Assembly: GCA_018830525.1 (NCBI GenBank)
Contig: JAHJSH010000001.1
Location: 1-56,327 of the forward strand
Direction: 5' to 3'
Source of the DNA: Nanobdellota archaeon
GTDB lineage: Archaea; Nanobdellota; Nanobdellia; Pacearchaeales; GW2011-AR1
DNA length: 56,327 bases
The notes under the pieces were generated by a model. That model was not told the DNA's origin. It searched no databases and saw nothing but the letters and a program-made list of their open reading frames with translations. Position 1 is the stretch's first letter, and each line of letters opens with the position of its first letter. Position numbers and translations under genes: made by a program. Positions 38,251-47,078 of this stretch are shown piece by piece.

Positions 38251-38565
38251 TTATTTCTTACGTCGACTTCGCTTAGCCTTTCGTTTCGTTCTCGGCTTAG
38301 CTTTTGCCCCTGTGCTCACCATCGGTAAAACCCGGATAAGAATCGCAACAAGGATAATAATTAAAGCTAAATAAATAACCTTCGAAAGCCACTCCGATTG
38401 TTGAAAATCAGAACCGCCAACGACAACGTTAGCATCTTCTTCGTATCCCCCCGTCGTTACCTCATCCTGAATATAAAAATCAGTCCGAATAGAAGAACTA
38501 CTTCCAGCGATAGCAAAGCTAAACATCATAATGAAAATAAACAAACTTGCAATCACACCTTTCAT
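38251..38565 (-). CDS. Small secreted/membrane protein with a C-terminal TM and poly-basic tail
   Basis: Signal peptide MKGVIASLFIFIMMFSFAIAG, TM VIYLALIIILVAILIRVL, tail KAKPRTKRKAKRSRRKK; A/T box 21 nt upstream. Confidence 0.5.
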   Translation of the reverse strand: MKGVIASLFIFIMMFSFAIAGSSSSIRTDFYIQDEVTTGGYEEDANVVVGGSDFQQSEWLSKVIYLALIIILVAILIRVLPMVSTGAKAKPRTKRKAKRSRRKK

Positions 38566-38672
38566 GAAATAACAAGGAATAAAGATATTATAAATGTTAT
38601 TATTCCCTCTTGAACAGCAGATTAAAACCTAAGTATAATAATCCTTAAATAGTATCTTTAACATAAAAAAAT

Positions 38673-38846
38673 ATGGCAGAAGATTTAATCTCTCTTGCAG
38701 GTGGTATCGGCCTTTCTGGCGGAAATGTTTCTGGAAGATCTTATATTCCCCTGGGCATAAATGGTGACTGCGCTGATGGCAATGACAATTGTGATTGCTT
38801 CCAAGGCGATTGCTACTGTACCGACTGTAATGAAGGTTCTGATTGA
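38673..38846 (+). CDS. 57-aa Cys/Asp-rich peptide, candidate RiPP precursor (not in the ORF track)
   Basis: ATG 38673, TGA 38844..38846; MAEDLISLAGGIGLSGGNVSGRSYIPLGINGDCADGNDNCDCFQGDCYCTDCNEGSD. CTTAAATA box 21 nt upstream; the radical SAM gene starts 25 nt downstream. Confidence 0.6.
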   Translation: MAEDLISLAGGIGLSGGNVSGRSYIPLGINGDCADGNDNCDCFQGDCYCTDCNEGSD

Positions 38847-38871
38847 GTAGATTTCTAATCCCTCAAAGAAA

Positions 38872-39927
38872 ATGGTAAACAAATTTAGCGTAGCTTGGTT
38901 ATCCCTAACATATAAATGTAATAATCAATGCGGCTGGTGCTATGCCTCTTCTAATTCTCCCCAAGAAAATAAAGAACTTCCAAGAGATAAAATATCTCCA
39001 ATTCTTCACCTCCTTAAAGACCTGAAAATAAAAAGAACAATCCTAATCGGGGGAGAACCTACAGTTTATCCCTACCTAAAAGAAGTTTTAGAAGAACACC
39101 AGATCCAAGATATAAACACTGGGATGGTAACTAATGGCAGGAAATTAGCTAAAAGAGAATTTTCTAAAATATTAAAAGACCATGGGGTCAATTCATTAAC
39201 AGTTTCAATTGAAGGATATGATCCTTCAAGCCACGATGAGGTTACTCAAGTTTCGGGTAGTTACGAAGAGTCAATTAATGGAATTTATACTGCGGCGAAT
39301 GAAGGAATAAAAGTTTCCACAAACACTGTAATTACCCGGAGGAATTATTCCAATTTAGAAAAAATCTCGAAATCCCTCATGGATTTACCAATTGAACATT
39401 TAGGTTTTAACATCTGCGGCCCATGTTTTGGAAGTACAGATAACAGCAGTATTATAAATCCCAAACTAGCAGCAAGGGCCTTCCAAGATACCTATGATTA
39501 TATAAAATTAAATTCAAATAAAAGAATAAAATTAGTGACTCCTATGCCCTTATGTTTCTTTAATGAAGAACATCGAGAAGAATTTAAAAATCAAAGAATC
39601 ATCCGGGGAGGACCTTGTCAACTAGCTAGTGGGTCAAATTTTGTAATCGATTATAATGGAGATATTATTCCGTGTACACATCTTACAGGTTATCCATTAT
39701 TTAATATTTACAAAGAAAATGGAGAGTTATATTCTAGGGATAAATTTTTAGAAAGTGTAAATAATCCTGATGGAATTCCTTATCGATTTAGAGAAATTAT
39801 GAGTAAAAATGCTTCAGAAAAATGCGATGATGGAAACTGTGATGAGCCTTGCTCTGGAGGATGTCCTCTTGTTTGGAGTGTATTCGATCCAGCCAAAGAA
39901 ATAAAAGGTATTGATGCTTCAATATAA
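38872..39927 (+). CDS. Radical SAM enzyme with a C-terminal SPASM-type auxiliary cluster domain
   Basis: LTYKCNNQCGWCYA (CX3CX2C), GGEPT, PCQLASGSNFVIDYNGDIIPCTHL, CDDGNCDEPCSGGCP. Confidence 0.85.
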   Translation: MVNKFSVAWLSLTYKCNNQCGWCYASSNSPQENKELPRDKISPILHLLKDLKIKRTILIGGEPTVYPYLKEVLEEHQIQDINTGMVTNGRKLAKREFSKILKDHGVNSLTVSIEGYDPSSHDEVTQVSGSYEESINGIYTAANEGIKVSTNTVITRRNYSNLEKISKSLMDLPIEHLGFNICGPCFGSTDNSSIINPKLAARAFQDTYDYIKLNSNKRIKLVTPMPLCFFNEEHREEFKNQRIIRGGPCQLASGSNFVIDYNGDIIPCTHLTGYPLFNIYKENGELYSRDKFLESVNNPDGIPYRFREIMSKNASEKCDDGNCDEPCSGGCPLVWSVFDPAKEIKGIDASI

Positions 39928-39928
39928 T

Positions 39929-40597
39929 ATGGCTAAAGTAACCTTCATTTCAGATATCGAAAAAGACATGGAAAATATTTGGAATAAATGTAATAAAAAA
40001 CCTAAATTTGGAAATTTCAAAATAAATCCCAGTTTAGAAAAAATATGTATTGGAAAGAAATTCGAAGAGGCGAAACCAGAATTAGAAAAATATCTAAAAG
40101 CAACGTATGACTCTCCCTATATCGAGACCTTCCGAAAAGTAATGCAAGAATTATGGGATAAAATTGAAGTACAATTTTTTGATAGGATGAACTCTTTAAT
40201 GAAAAAAGAATACAAAAAAGAAATCAAATCTTACATCACGACATTAAACATTTGCCCATACAATCCGCTAGAGCCTTCATTCATAGTTTCTTTATTTTAT
40301 CCCCTTCAAAGGGCTATTTTAACTTGCGGGCATGAAATCATGCATCTTTACTTCCACGAATTTTATTGGAATGAGGTAGAAAAGAGGATTGGTCCTAAGA
40401 AAACTGGAGATTTAAAAGAAGCACTAACAATTTTATTGAATCTAGAATTTATTGATCTTTGGTTAACACGAGATGGGGGTTATAACGAACATAAAGAACT
40501 CAGAGAATTTATTTCAAAAACTTGGAAAGAAGAAAAAGACATTGAAAAGTTGTTAGAAAAATGTATTATCTTTTTAAATAATTCTACAGAATCTTAA
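39929..40597 (+). CDS. HExxH-motif protein (putative metallopeptidase), third gene of the radical SAM cassette
   Basis: CGHEIMHLYFHEF. ATG 39929 is 2 nt after the radical SAM stop; the ORF track starts at TTG 39911. Confidence 0.45.
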   Translation: MAKVTFISDIEKDMENIWNKCNKKPKFGNFKINPSLEKICIGKKFEEAKPELEKYLKATYDSPYIETFRKVMQELWDKIEVQFFDRMNSLMKKEYKKEIKSYITTLNICPYNPLEPSFIVSLFYPLQRAILTCGHEIMHLYFHEFYWNEVEKRIGPKKTGDLKEALTILLNLEFIDLWLTRDGGYNEHKELREFISKTWKEEKDIEKLLEKCIIFLNNSTES

Positions 40598-40613
40598 ATA
40601 TCAATCAACCTTA

Positions 40614-42212
40614 TTATTCCCTCTTAAAGAAATAAACTAACCCAATAATCCCCAGCGAAGACATTAATGCGAACAAACTAAATCCGGGCAACTTAACAAT
40701 GGGCTCACCACAATCTCTTTGGATTCCTATAAGATCAGTAGTACATCCTGCCGCCAATAAGACTGCCGCATATTTTGTTTCATCAGTCAAAAAGTCTCCA
40801 GTAGGATTAACTCCTCCAGCAGTCCAATTAACATGCTGTTTACCATCTATACAATCTCCAGAACTAAAGTCCTTCTGACATCTGAATGTACTCGGATTAT
40901 CTCCATAAATATCCGGCATAACATCATATCCTAACATACAATAATTTCCTTCGGTTAAGGTATCATGGGTCCAATCACACTTACAAGAATCTTGAGGAAT
41001 GACATACCCTTGATTATCTACAACGAAATAAGTTCCACAAACCGCAGTCCCCATTCCTGCTGAACCGACATTCCAAACATCTAACTGGCACGAAGCATTA
41101 GACCGATAAATACTACAACTATAATCTGAAGGATTACCCACACAACCAACCGTATCATCTACCCAGAAACATCCAGCCGCATCACAAAGACCCTGCTCAA
41201 GAATAGTTCCACACTCAACAGTTCTCAAGTTACACACTGGAAGTTCTCCCTCCTCATCATCAGGATCATCCTTACATAAATATCCAGAAGGGCAACATTG
41301 AGGATTCCCATTTACATAAGTTGAAGCCCCAAACGAACATCCCGTACCATCATAAAAAGTTTCATATAATTCTAAACTCACTTCCTCACAATAGTACATT
41401 CCGTTACGCGAGCAAGACCCCGCACTAATACTGCCTCCCCCTGCTGACTCCGGCAACTGACATCCCGCCAAGGTAAACTCCGTCTTTGTCGTCGAGACAT
41501 CTCCCGAACCCCCTAAATAACAATAATCTCTTCCACCACCAGAAGTCTGCCAATGGAATTTCACATCCGCCGCACTAAACGCACGACTATAAAGCGCAAC
41601 CTCATCAATCAAACCAACAAAATCCTCACCAATCTCCAAAGGCAATGTGGAAGTATCCGGATTATCTAATATAGTACTATTTTCCAATATATTATTAATA
41701 TAAAGGCTCAAATTCTGCGCAGCCGGAAGCCATGTTAGGACGACGTGATAACCTACCTCGGCATTCAACGAAGACAAGGCAGAAGAGATAGTAACCGGAC
41801 CATTAGTTCCAACAGTTGCTTCAATATGTCCTGTAAAACCCCCATCATCATCAACCCACCTAATCTGATAATTTCCTTTATTCAACAAATAAGCATTAGG
41901 AGAACTGGCACTTCTAAACCAAAACTCAATTGCAAATCCTCCACCACCTGCAAGTGATAAAGCATTATCAGAATCATCAATCTCAATCATCTGAGTTCCA
42001 TCAAAACCTGCGGCCTTCCCAACAAAAACATCTGACGCAGTAACACTTGGATAACTACTCGGATCCCCATGATGAGTTCCAAAACTATCCATAGCATTTC
42101 CTTCCATCTGCCAATACGCGACCATACTTGCATCACAATCATCAATAGCAGAAATAGCACTAGCAAAACCAGCTAAGAGCAAAACACCAAGAGCAAATAT
42201 CGTCCACCTCAT
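40614..42212 (-). CDS. Secreted LamG/concanavalin-like plus Cys-rich surface protein with a PGF-CTERM-like sorting tail
   Basis: Signal peptide MRWTIFALGVLLLAGFASAISA; LamG-like FAIEFWFR...LSLYIN...GLIDEVALYSRAFSAADV; C-terminus KLPGFSLFALMSSLGIIGLVYFFKRE. ATG 42212 is 21 nt from TTTATAAA 42234..42241. Confidence 0.6.
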   Translation of the reverse strand: MRWTIFALGVLLLAGFASAISAIDDCDASMVAYWQMEGNAMDSFGTHHGDPSSYPSVTASDVFVGKAAGFDGTQMIEIDDSDNALSLAGGGGFAIEFWFRSASSPNAYLLNKGNYQIRWVDDDGGFTGHIEATVGTNGPVTISSALSSLNAEVGYHVVLTWLPAAQNLSLYINNILENSTILDNPDTSTLPLEIGEDFVGLIDEVALYSRAFSAADVKFHWQTSGGGRDYCYLGGSGDVSTTKTEFTLAGCQLPESAGGGSISAGSCSRNGMYYCEEVSLELYETFYDGTGCSFGASTYVNGNPQCCPSGYLCKDDPDDEEGELPVCNLRTVECGTILEQGLCDAAGCFWVDDTVGCVGNPSDYSCSIYRSNASCQLDVWNVGSAGMGTAVCGTYFVVDNQGYVIPQDSCKCDWTHDTLTEGNYCMLGYDVMPDIYGDNPSTFRCQKDFSSGDCIDGKQHVNWTAGGVNPTGDFLTDETKYAAVLLAAGCTTDLIGIQRDCGEPIVKLPGFSLFALMSSLGIIGLVYFFKRE

Positions 42213-42321
42213 AGACATAATAGAAATAAGAAGTTTATAAAGATTTTGAAGCTAATTTTTAATCATTTACTACCACAAAATTCTAAGATAGATTTTTATA
42301 GGAATAAGACTATAAGTAGAT

Positions 42322-43179
42322 ATGGGAGATGATAAAAAGATAATTGTATTTAATGATAAGAAAATAAGGAAGGTTTGGAATGATGATGACTGGTGGTTTT
42401 CTGTCGTGGATATTGTTGGAGTTTTGACTGAAAGTGTAAATTCCCGAGATTATTGGTATAGATTAAAGGTTAGGGAAGAAGAATCTTCAGGGGTTGAACT
42501 GTCGACATTTTGTCGACAGTTGAAATTAGAAGCTGAAGATGGTAAACTTCGGGAGACAGACTGTGCAGATAAAAAAGGAATTTTTCGTATTATCCAATCG
42601 ATTCCTTCCAAGAAGGCAGAGCCGTTTAAATTATGGTTAGCGAAAGTTGGTTCAGATAGAATTGATGAAATAGAAAATCCTGAATTGGCTCAGGAGCGGA
42701 TGAAGAAACTTTATGAATTAAAAGGGTATTCTAAGGATTGGGTTGATAAGAGAATTCGTGGAATCGCAGTTAGACAAAATTTAACTGAGGAGTGGAAGGA
42801 CAGAGATGTTGATGAAAATATTGAATATGCTATTTTAACTAATGAGATAAGTAAGGCAACTTTTGGAAAGACAATTCAGGAATATAAGGAACTGAAAAAT
42901 TTAGATAAGGAAAATCTTCGGGACCATATGGATGATTGGGAATTAATCTTAACTATGATCGGGGAGAAAGCGACTACAGAGATAACTCAAAAAGAAGATT
43001 CATTGGGTTTTGGAGAATGTAAGGATTCTGCAGTCAAGGGTGGAGAAATAGCCGGAAAGACGCGAATGGAATTGGAAAAGTCATTAGGGAAACGATTAGT
43101 TTCAGATGAAAATTATTTGAAAAAAGAAGAGAGAAAAACCAAAAAGAAAAAACGTATACTTCATGCAATAAATAAATAA
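42322..43179 (+). CDS. Bro-N domain / DinD-like protein, paralog 1
   Basis: IRKVWNDDDWWFSVVDIVGVLTES (Bro-N-like), ENPELAQERMKKLYELKGYSKDW, KENLRDHMDDWELI. Roughly two-thirds identical, by eye, to the ORF at 44948..45820. Confidence 0.55.
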   Translation: MGDDKKIIVFNDKKIRKVWNDDDWWFSVVDIVGVLTESVNSRDYWYRLKVREEESSGVELSTFCRQLKLEAEDGKLRETDCADKKGIFRIIQSIPSKKAEPFKLWLAKVGSDRIDEIENPELAQERMKKLYELKGYSKDWVDKRIRGIAVRQNLTEEWKDRDVDENIEYAILTNEISKATFGKTIQEYKELKNLDKENLRDHMDDWELILTMIGEKATTEITQKEDSLGFGECKDSAVKGGEIAGKTRMELEKSLGKRLVSDENYLKKEERKTKKKKRILHAINK

Positions 43180-43243
43180 AACAATTTCCTCTGAAGATTA
43201 CGCGAAAATTAAAATCAGTTTAATCTACAACCTTAAACTCAAC

Positions 43244-44002
43244 TTACTTTCTCTTCCTTCGCCCAATCGCTAAAGCAGCTGTACCCAACCCCAAAAGCGC
43301 AACCGTCGCTGGTTCCGGAATCTGGTCAATAGTCATCTGTGGAAGAATCTTCATCTCACCATAATTAAAAGGACCTAGCTCACTAATGCCTCCTTGAACT
43401 CCATTGAATTCAATATCTTCCGTCCAATATACAACATCATCAGCCCCAAGAGTCCAAGCACCACCATCAAGAGTTCCAATACCATCGCCTAATTGGTCAT
43501 GGATAATCATTACATCGTCCGCACTTTCTCCATCGGCAAAAACATGATTGTAAAAACGACCCTGACACCATCCCCCAAGTGTACCTGGATAACTATTACT
43601 AGGATTATTATCATTATTCGCATAACCTCCAAACTTTATAGTTCCGTCATAATCTTTAGCGAATCCAATTCTCCAAACATCTGTCCCATTCTTAGAAACA
43701 AGATTCGCAATACCATTAGAATCACGAATCATAAGATTCTCTCCAGTCTTAGAAGGAATGTCAAGATAATTTTGAACATACTGAAAACCCCCAGCATCAC
43801 CAACTAAATCCTTAAATCCTGTTAATGTAGTCGCTTCAGCATTCCTAACTCCGCCAGTCAAAAGAGCAGCACCAACAACACCATAAACAGCCAACTTCTT
43901 AGTATCCTGTCCTAAATCATTAACAACATAATTAACACACTTACCGACGCCACCAGCAAGGCTCGTAACACCGCTTTCTATCTTATCAAGTAATGTTTTC
44001 AT
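43244..44002 (-). CDS. Secreted protein with a PEP-CTERM-like C-terminal sorting signal
   Basis: C-terminus IPEPATVALLGLGTAALAIGRRKRK (PEP, TM helix, Arg/Lys cluster). Confidence 0.6.
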   Translation of the reverse strand: MKTLLDKIESGVTSLAGGVGKCVNYVVNDLGQDTKKLAVYGVVGAALLTGGVRNAEATTLTGFKDLVGDAGGFQYVQNYLDIPSKTGENLMIRDSNGIANLVSKNGTDVWRIGFAKDYDGTIKFGGYANNDNNPSNSYPGTLGGWCQGRFYNHVFADGESADDVMIIHDQLGDGIGTLDGGAWTLGADDVVYWTEDIEFNGVQGGISELGPFNYGEMKILPQMTIDQIPEPATVALLGLGTAALAIGRRKRK

Positions 44003-44071
44003 AAAATAATAAGATATATATTCTTTTTAAATCTTTCTATTCGTGTAATTGTACAGGGGTAACAAAGACAG

Positions 44072-44150
44072 ACTATTTACCCTTTGTAAAAATATACTGC
44101 AAACTTGCCTTTGGATAAATCTCCCTCAACTGATTTAACCCGAAACTAGA
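44072..44150 (-). pseudogene. Orphan 3' fragment of a GNAT-fusion gene paralog (copy of 47163..47243)
   Basis: Encodes ...LNQLREIYPKASLQYIFTKGK* versus intact ...LNRLRKIYSKASLQYIFTKGK*; 42 nt identical at the end. Confidence 0.7.
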
Positions 44151-44194
44151 ATTCTCCACCCAAGAGAAAACATTTAAATACTATTGGTTCATAA

Positions 44195-44758
44195 ATGATA
44201 CATATGGTTCAAAATAAAAACAACATAGAATTAGACATAATATTAACATTAATCAAAAATAAATCTCATTTAAGAGAAATAGCAAGAACCCTAAACAAAT
44301 CACATTCAACAATTTTAAGAAAAATTAATGAACTTGTAAAAGAAAATGTATTAGATTTTAAACAAGAAGGTAAAAACAAAGTATTTTTTATAAAAAACAA
44401 CCTTAAAGCAAAAAATTACGTTTATTCTGCAGAAATTTATAAGCTATCTAACTTATTAAGAAAACACCCCGGATTATCAATAATTCTTGAAAATACAAAA
44501 AAAAATACAAAAAAAGAAATGGTTATTTTATTTGGAAGTTATGCAAAAGGAAATCCTAAACCAAATAGTGACATTGATATTTATATAGAAACCATAAACA
44601 AAAACTTAAAAAAAGAAATAGAAAATATCAACAGCAAAATAAATATTAAAATAGGAAATTTTGATTTATCTTCATTATTAATAAAGGAAATTATCAAAAA
44701 CCACATCATAATTAGGGGTGTTGAAGAATTTTATGAAAAAACTTTGTTTTTTGAATAA
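44195..44758 (+). CDS. wHTH plus nucleotidyltransferase-domain protein (MNT-like, solo)
   Basis: HLREIARTLNKSHSTILRKINELVKENVL and ILFGSYAKGNPKPNSDIDIYI. Confidence 0.6.
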   Translation: MIHMVQNKNNIELDIILTLIKNKSHLREIARTLNKSHSTILRKINELVKENVLDFKQEGKNKVFFIKNNLKAKNYVYSAEIYKLSNLLRKHPGLSIILENTKKNTKKEMVILFGSYAKGNPKPNSDIDIYIETINKNLKKEIENINSKINIKIGNFDLSSLLIKEIIKNHIIIRGVEEFYEKTLFFE

Positions 44759-44947
44759 ATTAAGCCTAAGACCCGTAACAAAACACCCACTCCTTAAACT
44801 CAACTAAAATTATTTTTTTAATTAAACATTAATTAATAACCATTAAAATTATTTATTAATAGAAAATATTCTTAATGCTCTCGAGATGATAATCAAATCT
44901 TGAGCAACAAAGCAAATAATTAAAAAGTTGAGATTATATAAATAATC

Positions 44948-45820
44948 ATGTCTGAAGAAAAAGAAAACATTGATACACATATTGTTATTTTTAGGGGCAA
45001 AACGATAAGAAGAAAACTTGTTAAAGATAAATGGTTCTTTTCTGTGGTTGATATAATTAGAGTTTTAACTGATAGTGAAAACCCGCGAAAATATTGGAAT
45101 AAACTAAGTCAAAGATTACGAAAAGAGGGAAGCGAGGTGGTGACATTTTGTCACCAACTGAAATTACTTTCTAGAGATGGTAAAGAATATGAGACAGATT
45201 GTGCAGATACGGAAGGTATATTTAGAATAATTCAGTCAATTCCTTCAAAAAAAACAGAACCATTTAAGAGATGGCTTGCAAGAGTTGGCTATGAACGAAT
45301 CCAAGAAATAGAAAATCCTGAGTTGGCACAAGAAAGGATGAAAAAACTCTATAAATTAAAAGGGTATTCTAAAGATTGGATTGATAAAAGAACTCGGGGG
45401 ATTGCAATAAGGCAAAATCTTACCGATGAATGGAAAAACAGGGGAATACAGCAAGAGATAGAATTTGCAATACTAACAAATGAGATAAGCCAGGCAACTT
45501 TTGGAAAAACGGTTGAAGAATACAAAAAATTTAAGGGACTGAAAAGGGAAAATCTTAGAGACCACATGGATGATTTAGAATTAATATTTAATATGCTTGG
45601 AGAAGCAGCCACAGCAAGAATAACAAAAACAAAAGATGTTCAAGGTTTAGAAGAAAATAAAATCGCTGCAACACAGGGCGGTGAAGTTGCAGGTAATGCA
45701 AGAAGAGAATTAGAAGAGAAAACAGGGGAAAGTGTTTTAACAGATGAAAACTTTTTGAACATTCCAGAAAAGCTAAAGAAAAAAAGAAAGAAGATGATTG
45801 AAAATGTAGAGGTTGTATAA
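44948..45820 (+). CDS. Bro-N domain / DinD-like protein, paralog 2
   Basis: KDKWFFSVVDIIRVLTDS, ENPELAQERMKKLYKLKGYSKDW, RENLRDHMDDLELI. Confidence 0.55.
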   Translation: MSEEKENIDTHIVIFRGKTIRRKLVKDKWFFSVVDIIRVLTDSENPRKYWNKLSQRLRKEGSEVVTFCHQLKLLSRDGKEYETDCADTEGIFRIIQSIPSKKTEPFKRWLARVGYERIQEIENPELAQERMKKLYKLKGYSKDWIDKRTRGIAIRQNLTDEWKNRGIQQEIEFAILTNEISQATFGKTVEEYKKFKGLKRENLRDHMDDLELIFNMLGEAATARITKTKDVQGLEENKIAATQGGEVAGNARRELEEKTGESVLTDENFLNIPEKLKKKRKKMIENVEVV

Positions 45821-45823
45821 AAC

Positions 45824-45955
45824 TTATTTCATCTCAACATCTAACTCAGCCCAATTCCTTCCTGCCTGTATGAAATTCTTGAAGAATTTATAAGACTTTG
45901 GCTCAGTCCCAACATGATTAAAGTTAATCAACCCGTCGCTGAACCTCCAAGAAAA
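45824..45955 (-). pseudogene. Orphan 3' fragment of a paralog of the 791-aa surface protein gene (copy of 49301..49425)
   Basis: Encodes ...FSWRFSDGLINFNHVGTEPKSYKFFKNFIQAGRNWAELDVEMK*. Nucleotide differences from the intact gene in the shared part are synonymous. No start codon; an in-frame stop lies about 65 codons upstream. Confidence 0.75.
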
Positions 45956-46021
45956 CCTTAGCTCATTCGTCCTAACAGATAGTAGTGCGGGTGTTTGGAG
46001 TTTAGTAGAGAATATGGATAA

Positions 46022-46282
46022 TTACGAAGCTCCTTCTATATCCTTCTTTAATTTTTCTAGTTTTTCCTTATAAGTCCTAAGAGAAGTATCGTCTTTTATC
46101 CCTAAAATCTTGATTTTTATTTCTAAGGCGTTTAATAAGCTCTTGTCTATTTCTTTAAGATGATATCTTCCCCGATCAATATTATTTTCTTGGATATCTC
46201 TATCAATTTTATTAAAATGTTCTTCTATCTCTCGTTTTAGGCTTTCAATTCCCTTTTCTACTCTTTTAATTCTTTTAGCCAT
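46022..46282 (-). CDS. Small coiled-coil protein downstream of the AbrB-NTase gene
   Basis: ORF overlapping the upstream gene by 25 nt. Confidence 0.4.
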   Translation of the reverse strand: MAKRIKRVEKGIESLKREIEEHFNKIDRDIQENNIDRGRYHLKEIDKSLLNALEIKIKILGIKDDTSLRTYKEKLEKLKKDIEGAS

Positions 46283-47007
46283 TTTTTTGATAAATCTATG
46301 ACCCTTATTAACTCATCGGGGGGGAGATTATCTAACTCTTTCTCATCCCTTTTTATTCTAAGATAAGCTGAATAAACTTTTTCTCCAACAAGTTCTAAAA
46401 AATACTTTTTATGATAAACTTTATTAGAAATAAGACACTTTATTAGATACAGTTCTCTTAATCTTAGGACAACAGAATAAACAATACCATCAGGGATATT
46501 CAGGTTATTCTCTTTGCACATTCTTAAAGAATCTTGATTTATTTTAAAAACTCCTTCAATTTCTGACAAATTTTTCTTTATATTCAACTTGCATTCCTTG
46601 CCCCGATATTTATCAATTAAATCTTTATTTAAAATAACTTTCATTTCTTTCAAAAGGCTAAGATAATTCAAGTTTTTTGACAGATTTTTTGAAAAAGAAC
46701 TCTCTGAAACTAGAAGAAGTTCATAATTATTATAAATGATCAGTTTATTTGTATTCTGTGTGATGATTAAAATATCTATATCGCTATTAAAATCAAAATC
46801 TCCCCTTGCATAGCTCCCATAAAGATAAATCCCCTTTACTTCTTCGTTTAATCCCTTTTCAAATAAGCAAGTTATAATATCTTGAAGGATTTTCTCGCTT
46901 GAAGGCTCAAAAAGAGTTACAATTACCTGCTTGTTCAGCCAACTTCTAGGCAATAAAACCCCTGCCGATGTTCCAACTTCCCTAGTTTGTTTAGTTATAG
47001 TTTCCAT
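46258..47007 (-). CDS. AbrB/SpoVT-like N-terminal domain fused to a nucleotidyltransferase domain
   Basis: EVGTSAGVLLPRSWLNKQVIVTLFE and IYLYGSYARGDFDFNSDIDILII. Confidence 0.55.
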   Translation of the reverse strand: METITKQTREVGTSAGVLLPRSWLNKQVIVTLFEPSSEKILQDIITCLFEKGLNEEVKGIYLYGSYARGDFDFNSDIDILIITQNTNKLIIYNNYELLLVSESSFSKNLSKNLNYLSLLKEMKVILNKDLIDKYRGKECKLNIKKNLSEIEGVFKINQDSLRMCKENNLNIPDGIVYSVVLRLRELYLIKCLISNKVYHKKYFLELVGEKVYSAYLRIKRDEKELDNLPPDELIRVIDLSKKWLKELKE

Positions 47008-47078
47008 GTTATATTATAATATATTATAATGTTAAACTATTTAAATATTTCTATTTGCAGTAGCTTTGTGTAAGGTCA

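Noticed and set aside
38685-38882. 65-aa minus-strand ORF in the supplied track, opposite the 57-aa peptide gene
   Set aside because: It is antisense to a better-supported small gene, which has a promoter-like box at N21 and sits 25 nt before the radical SAM gene. It has no motif and overlaps the radical SAM start, so it is most likely spurious.
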